Below, one piece after another: positions 58,120 to 64,000 of a stretch of 64,000 nucleotides of DNA. The stretch spans positions 434,001 to 498,000 of the forward strand of contig NIVC01000312.1 in NCBI GenBank assembly GCA_002269645.1. Reading direction: 5' to 3'. Numbering within the stretch: the first letter of the stretch is position 1; every line of letters starts with the position of its first letter. Below the pieces are notes generated by a model. It was not told where the DNA came from. It worked only from the letters and a program-made list of their open reading frames with translations, and did no database searches. The DNA comes from Macrostomum lignano (Eukaryota). The translations under genes were made by a program, and so were the position numbers.

Positions 58120-58875
58120 CCATCAAGAGACAGGGGCGGCCACCAAGAGACAGGGGTGCCCAACAAGAGACAGGGACGCCCACTAAGGGACAGGGGCTCC
58201 TACCAAGGGACAGAGCTAAGTGCCCACCGAGAGACAGGGGCGCCCACCAAGAGACAGGGGCTCCCACCAAGAGACAGGGGCGCCCACTAAGAGACAGGGG
58301 CGCCCACTAAGAGACAGGGGCGCCCACTAAGAGACAGGGCGCCCACCAAGAGACAGGGGCTCCCACCAAGAGACAGGGGCGCCCACCAAGAGACAGGGGC
58401 GCCAACCAAGAGACAGGGGCTCCCACCAAGAGACAAGGGCGCCCACCAAGAGACAGGGGCGCCCACTAAGAGACAGGGGCGCCCACTAAGAGACAGGGGC
58501 TCCCACCAAGAGACAGGGGCGCCCACCAAGAGACAGGGGCGCCCACCAAGAGACAGGGGCACCCACCAAGAGACAGGGGCGCCCACCAAGAGACAAGGGC
58601 GCCCACTAAGAGACAGGGGCGCCCACTAAGAGACAGGGGCACCCACCAAGAGACAGGGGCTCCCACCAAGAGACAGGGCGCCCACCAAGAGACAGGGGCT
58701 CCCACCAAGAGACAAGGGCGCCCACCAAGAGACAGGGGCGCCCAACAAGAGACAGGGGCGCCCATCAAGAGACAGGGGCGACCCACCAAGAGACAGGGAC
58801 GGCCACCAACAAACAGGGGCGCCCACCGAGAAACAGGGGCGTCCACCGAGAAACAGGGGCGCCCACCAAGGGACA
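58120..58875. repeat. 20-bp GC-rich minisatellite
   Basis: Unit gagacaggggcgcccaccaa. Confidence 0.96.
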
Positions 58876-59805
58876 GGCGGGTGACAGCTAAAAAAAACTG
58901 AATTCGGGGTGTGCTTGAAACTCCAGGTTTGGGTTGGAGATGTCCATGGCATCTATTTTGGAAGCGTGTCTACACGGAGCTTGACACGGGTGTCTGCATG
59001 GGCCAGCCAGAGCTCCACGCGCAGGTCCTGCATTTTTTCCTGCTTCAGTTCATCCTGCCACCAAAGAAGCGTGACTTGCCAGGCGCTTAGGCGCTCGGCA
59101 TATAAAATAAACAGTTAGAATTTTCGAAGTCAAGGCAAACTGACCGCCGAATTGATTTTTTTCTTTCTCTCTCCCCCCTCTCTCTCTCTCAAATCGAAAT
59201 CTAAGCAAAACATTTTCTGCGAAACCTAAAAACCAAGCGCGGTGAATCATAAAAATGGAAAGAAGCGAAATTGCGCTTCAGGTTTTTTTAAATATAAAAA
59301 GCAACATTTTTAACATCGGAAAGTTTAAAAAACTCGTCCTACAATTCTGGCCATTCTGCGGACTCCTGATACTGTACGCGGGCACTCACTTATACACACG
59401 CTCACACAGGGTGTACATCGGTCCTGACTTTCTAATCGTCAGGCATGTACACTCTCTGTGTCTTTGGAGTTGACCCAAATGAATGTACGAGCGCCCGCGG
59501 ATAACTTTTTTAATATAAAACAGTCCCCTGCAAAAGCACCTGGAATATTTAACCATATTTATAATTGATACACAAAGAGGCCACTACAGCCGGAGGCTAA
59601 AAATGCTTATTCATGTAAACAAAGCCGGAAAATTAGTGGGAGTTCGATGCAGTTTTATCTCGATGTGTGGTCATTTGGTTATGCCTGTGCAGCCTGAATG
59701 TTTACAAATTAAGTTTAGGATCTACAGATTACAAATGGCTTACTGTCTATTACACTGTTTTATTTCATTGCTGTATTGCGGTGTCCTTATTTCAGACTTT
59801 GGCGC

Positions 59806-59982
59806 CTCTATAATACTGACTTTGGCGCCTCTATAATACTGACTTTGGCGTCTATATAATACTGACTTTGGCGCCTCTATAATACTGACTTTGGCGTCTA
59901 TATAATACTGACTTTGGCGCCTCTATAATACTGACTTTGGCGCCTATATAATGCTGACTTTGGCGCCTCTATAATACTGACT
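59806..59982. repeat. 23-bp tandem repeat, about 7 copies
   Basis: Unit taatactgactttggcgcctcta. Confidence 0.93.
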
Positions 59983-59999
59983 CTTGTTCCCCTGTTACT

Positions 60000-60260
60000 T
60001 TCTCTAGATGAGCTGGTAAGGGTCTCTAGATGAGGCTGTCAATTGTCTCTATATGGGCTGTCTAGGATCTCTAGATGGACTGACAAGGGTCATTAGATAA
60101 GTTGTCAAAGATCTCTTTTGATGGGCTGTCAATTTAATTGTCGCTAGATGGACTGTCAAGGATGTCTAGACGGGCTATCAAGGATCTCTAGATGGGCCGT
60201 CAAGTGTCTCTAGATGGGCTGTTAAGGGTCTCTAGACGGGCTGTCAAGAATCTCTAGATC
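60000..60260. repeat. Degenerate copies of the 22-bp CTCTAGATGGGCTGTCAA repeat
   Basis: Diverged units such as ctctagatggactgacaagggt. Confidence 0.75.
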
Positions 60261-61440
60261 GCGAAATAAATCTATTCATTACAATTTTTGCGTTGAATAA
60301 AGTTAGAAAATCATCCTACACGGAAAAAAAGTCATGAAGCCACTAAGTCTCTTCAAGTAAAAGCAACAGTCATCAAGAAATTTCTATTATTTTTCCTCTG
60401 TGGCAGACGCAGAGGTCGCTTGGTTGCTTTGACAAAGGACGCCGCCTATGCAGCAAACACATTCTCCCATCCTGTTCCCATCTGCGTCCTGTCATCCCTC
60501 CAATGCCCCTCTCCCTCTCTCCCCTCTCCATCTCGTCTCTTTCCAAGACAAAAAAGCCAAGCAGCAACAAAAAACATGGCGTGGCAGATTTTTCAGAACG
60601 TCTGGCGCTGGGGAAGCACGGAATCGGGGCTGCAGGCGATGAGTCACATGAGGGGGATTTCAAAAAAAAATATTCCACAATCCTCGACATTAAAAAGCGA
60701 TATAGCTTGCTTGTGTTGGAGAGTGAGAAAATGCTGGGAACATTTTCCCTCTAGCGGACAAATTAGCTGGCAAAGCCAACTGAATGTTGTATTTATGGGT
60801 CTTGATTTACATCTAAGCACGGTGGGCTGCTGGTTGCTGCTTTGGACAAGATGCTCGCCAATGATAGCGGAATGCGCAGAACGGCCTCAGCTAACTGAAT
60901 TAAATTGAAAACTTTAGAAAAGTTGGTATACAAAAAGTGCAATCATAGCCCACTGTGGGAGAGATTCAGTGTGTATTTTCAATTCTTCACGGTCCACTAC
61001 CCTGGGCTGATCCCACCGTCTCCATGGGAATCTCTCCTGGGGATTGCCGGGCGTTGCAAAGCAGCTTTAGCTTAGGGATCAAAGTTGCTTTCAAATCGAT
61101 ATAAGTTCATTTATTTGCCATTTTCACTGTTGAGGATCAGAGTCTACTTGCGAGTGGAGCTGGAAAAATGCATTTAATATTTCCACTTTTGATTGAATTA
61201 AACTTTGCAATTTGATTTTTCTCAATGAAGGATCTTGACTCGTATTTATCGATTTTGCTTGTAACCAAGGCAAATATTGATTGTATTTTGTTGTCAAAGG
61301 CTCAAGGCTTTTTTTGATTGTAAGATGAGTGCTCTGGATTTAATATACGGTGTCAGGATCGCTAGGATACTGATGATAGTCTTTAGATTAATGGTCAGGA
61401 TCCTATAGATCTTTTATCGGGGTCTTAAGATGGATTTTCA

Positions 61441-61980
61441 GGGTCTCTAGATGGGCTGTCAATTGTCTCTAGATGGGCTGTCAATTGTCTCTAGATGGGC
61501 TGTCAATTGTCTCTAGATGGGCTGTCCATTGTCTCTAGATGGGCTGTCAATTGTCTCTAGATGGGCTGTCAATTGTCTCTAGATGGGCTGTCCATTGTCT
61601 CTAGATGGGCTGTCAATTGTCTCTAGATGGGCTGTCAATTGTCTCTAGATGGGCTGTCAATTGTCTCTAGATGGGCTGTCAATTGTCTCTAGATGGGCTG
61701 TCCATTGTCTCTAGATGGGCTGTCAATTGTCTCTAGATGGGCTGTCAATTGTCTCTAGATGGGCTGTCCATTGTCTCTAGATGGGCTGTCAATTCTCTAG
61801 ATGGGCTGTCAATTGTCTCTAGATGCGCTGTCCATTGTCTCTAGATGGGCTGTCAATTGTCTCTAGATGGGCTGTCAATTGTCTCTAGATGGGCTGTCAA
61901 TTGTCTCTAGATGGGCTGTCAATTGTCTCTAGATGGGCTGTCAATTGTCTCTAGATGGGCTATCAAGGATCTCTAGATGG
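61441..61980. repeat. 22-bp minisatellite, about 24 copies
   Basis: Unit ctctagatgggctgtcaattgt. Confidence 0.96.
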
Positions 61981-62384
61981 TCAAGGCTTCTATAAGTTGT
62001 CAGATGCGTATTGATATGTTGAAATTACTGAATAATTCAGTATTGTATTATTATTTATGATGCAAATAAACTCAGCTTGAGATTGCATTTGCTAGGCAAA
62101 ATCTGCCTGATTTGGAACACTTTGATGCTAAAGTATTTCTGACTTGGCATGGAAACTGATCTATAATACATATATCACTGTCAGCATGTGACTCCTGTTT
62201 CTGACCCAGCTGTCGCAACTCATCAACTCATCGTTGATCTCATATCCATGACGCAGTCTGCATCGCTTTTTCATCAGAGCTGAAATTCAGACACTGGGAT
62301 AAGATCTGAGACAGTCGTTTTTACTTTAACCTCTTCAAGACGGTGAAGATATTCTCAAGTAAGCCAATTTCGTATACTTAGGTA

Positions 62385-63062
62385 AGACAGGGTCGCTTAT
62401 TCGAGCAAAGACATGGTTGCTCAAATAAAGACAGGGTCGCTTACTCTAGTAAAGACAGGGTCGCTTACTCAAGTAAAGACAGGGTCGCTTACTCAAGTAA
62501 AGACAGGGGCGCTTACTCAAGTAAAGACAGGGTCGCTTACTCTAGTAAAGACAGGGTCGCTTACTCTAGTAAAGACAGGGTCGCTTACTCTAGTAAAGAC
62601 AGGGTCGCTTACTCAAGTAAAGACAGGGTCGCTTACTCTAGTAAAGACAGGGTCGCTTACTCAAGTAAAGACAGGGTCGCTTACTCTAGTAAAGACAGGG
62701 TCGCTTACTCTAGTAAAGACAGGGTCGCTTACTCAAGTAAAGACAGGGTCGCTTACTCAAGTAAAGACAGGGGCGCTTACTCAAGTAAAGACAGGGGCGC
62801 CTACTCAAGTAAAGACAGGGTCGCTTACTCTAGTAAAGACAGGGTCGCTTACTCTAGTAAAGACAGGGTCGCTTACTCAAGTAAAAACAGGGTCGCTTAC
62901 TCTAGTAAAGACAGGGTCGCTTACTCAAGTAAAGACAGGGTCGCTTACTCTAGTAAAGACAGGGTCGCTTACTCTAGTAAAGACAGGGTCGCTTACTCAA
63001 GTAAAGACAGGGTCGCTTACTCAAGTAAAGACAGGATCGCGTACTTAGGTAAGACAAGGTCG
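62385..63062. repeat. 24-bp minisatellite, about 28 copies
   Basis: Unit gtaaagacagggtcgcttactcaa/cta. Confidence 0.96.
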
Positions 63063-64000
63063 CATACTCAAGTTAGTCAATTCCGCTTACCCATTCATTG
63101 ATCATCAAAAAAGGAAAGTGAACTCAGCTACACTACTCATAACTCATACAGAAATAACAATCAACTGATCTGACCTGATCTAAACGCACTGAACCAAAAA
63201 AATAGCATTAAGAACCAACGTTGCTTTATCTAGTCTATCGATTTTACAGACGATATCCTTTTTATTACCCCATCTGCGCGCCAGTTGTCTTCTAGCGAGT
63301 GCAATACACGGCAACTCGGCTCCTTTATGCGAGGAGTTAATTTCCTTATTCTCTGAATCTCCAAACTAGCAACTCCAGCCACACACACACACAGGCCAGA
63401 GGATGTCATAATTGTTAGGCGGCCTGAGGGGAGAAGGCATAAAGTGTCACCTCCACCCTGGCGTTCAGGAATCATATATCCGCTCTGAGCAGCTCCTTGC
63501 TTTCCCACCGCGCACACCGCAAGTCAATGCAGGCGGCGAGAACGGATGAGTCAGTCAGTCACTAAACCGACCCTGTCATCCTCCGCTGCTATCTCTTTGC
63601 CGTTTGCCCCTGAGCTCAGGGCGAAAGCAGTAACTAGAGATAGAGGTTACCCTGGAGGTAGCTTTTTATTGCCCTCCTAAATTATGAAGGGGTTTACCCA
63701 CCCCCGGCCTATCTCAGCATTTTCCTATCATTTCAGATCCTGAGGTCCCCTGAGAAGAAAGCGATATACTGTACAGACTATACGATTATTTTCTTAATGA
63801 TCGATGATTTATGAGCAAACAGAATCAAACAGGTTCAAACAGCTTAACTGCATGACTCATTGACAATAACGAGCCAATAATGAATTAATTAGTGCATCTA
63901 ACGCAGCTTAAAGTGCTGCTAACCCTATTGAATCCTGAAAAAATGAGTTGACCACAACCCCAGTGCTTCTCAGTGCTTCCTATGCGATCCGAAAAAATCA

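Noticed and set aside
62413-63048. 211-aa VKTGSLTQ repeat protein
   Set aside because: Open frame is the expected by-product of a 24-bp stop-free unit; no non-repeat coding context. Same reasoning for ORFs at 42156-42681, 55532-56107, 57111-57677 and 58287-58952

Overview
Eukaryotic (invertebrate metazoan) genomic DNA with GT-AG introns, GC-rich exons and a very high density of micro- and minisatellites; a free-living flatworm such as Macrostomum is my inference only. Host genes from left to right: GOLPH3 (-), a C-type-lectin-like exon (-), a small secreted protein with an ANKRD40/CP2-type C-terminal-like domain (-), an intronless TRPV-like channel (+), a group-7-allergen/TULIP-like protein (-), a Gln-rich protein with a degenerate KH-like domain (-), PLC-gamma (+), a TCAF/M60-like metallopeptidase (-), an Msxlx homeobox gene (+), a DEG/ENaC channel (+) and an otopetrin (-). 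Mobile elements: a decayed piggyBac, a decayed LINE relic, a young 5'-truncated LOA/R1-group LINE (RT-RNase H) and a young 5'-truncated RTE-like LINE with four zinc fingers. The most striking structure is the LOA-type LINE inside a DEG/ENaC coding exon. It is flanked by an apparently identical 565-bp direct duplication that rebuilds the splice acceptor and exon start downstream, so the gene could survive by skipping the first acceptor. The neighbouring otopetrin is cleanly interrupted by the RTE-like element with an 11-bp TSD. All family calls are by motif recognition; no database searches were run.
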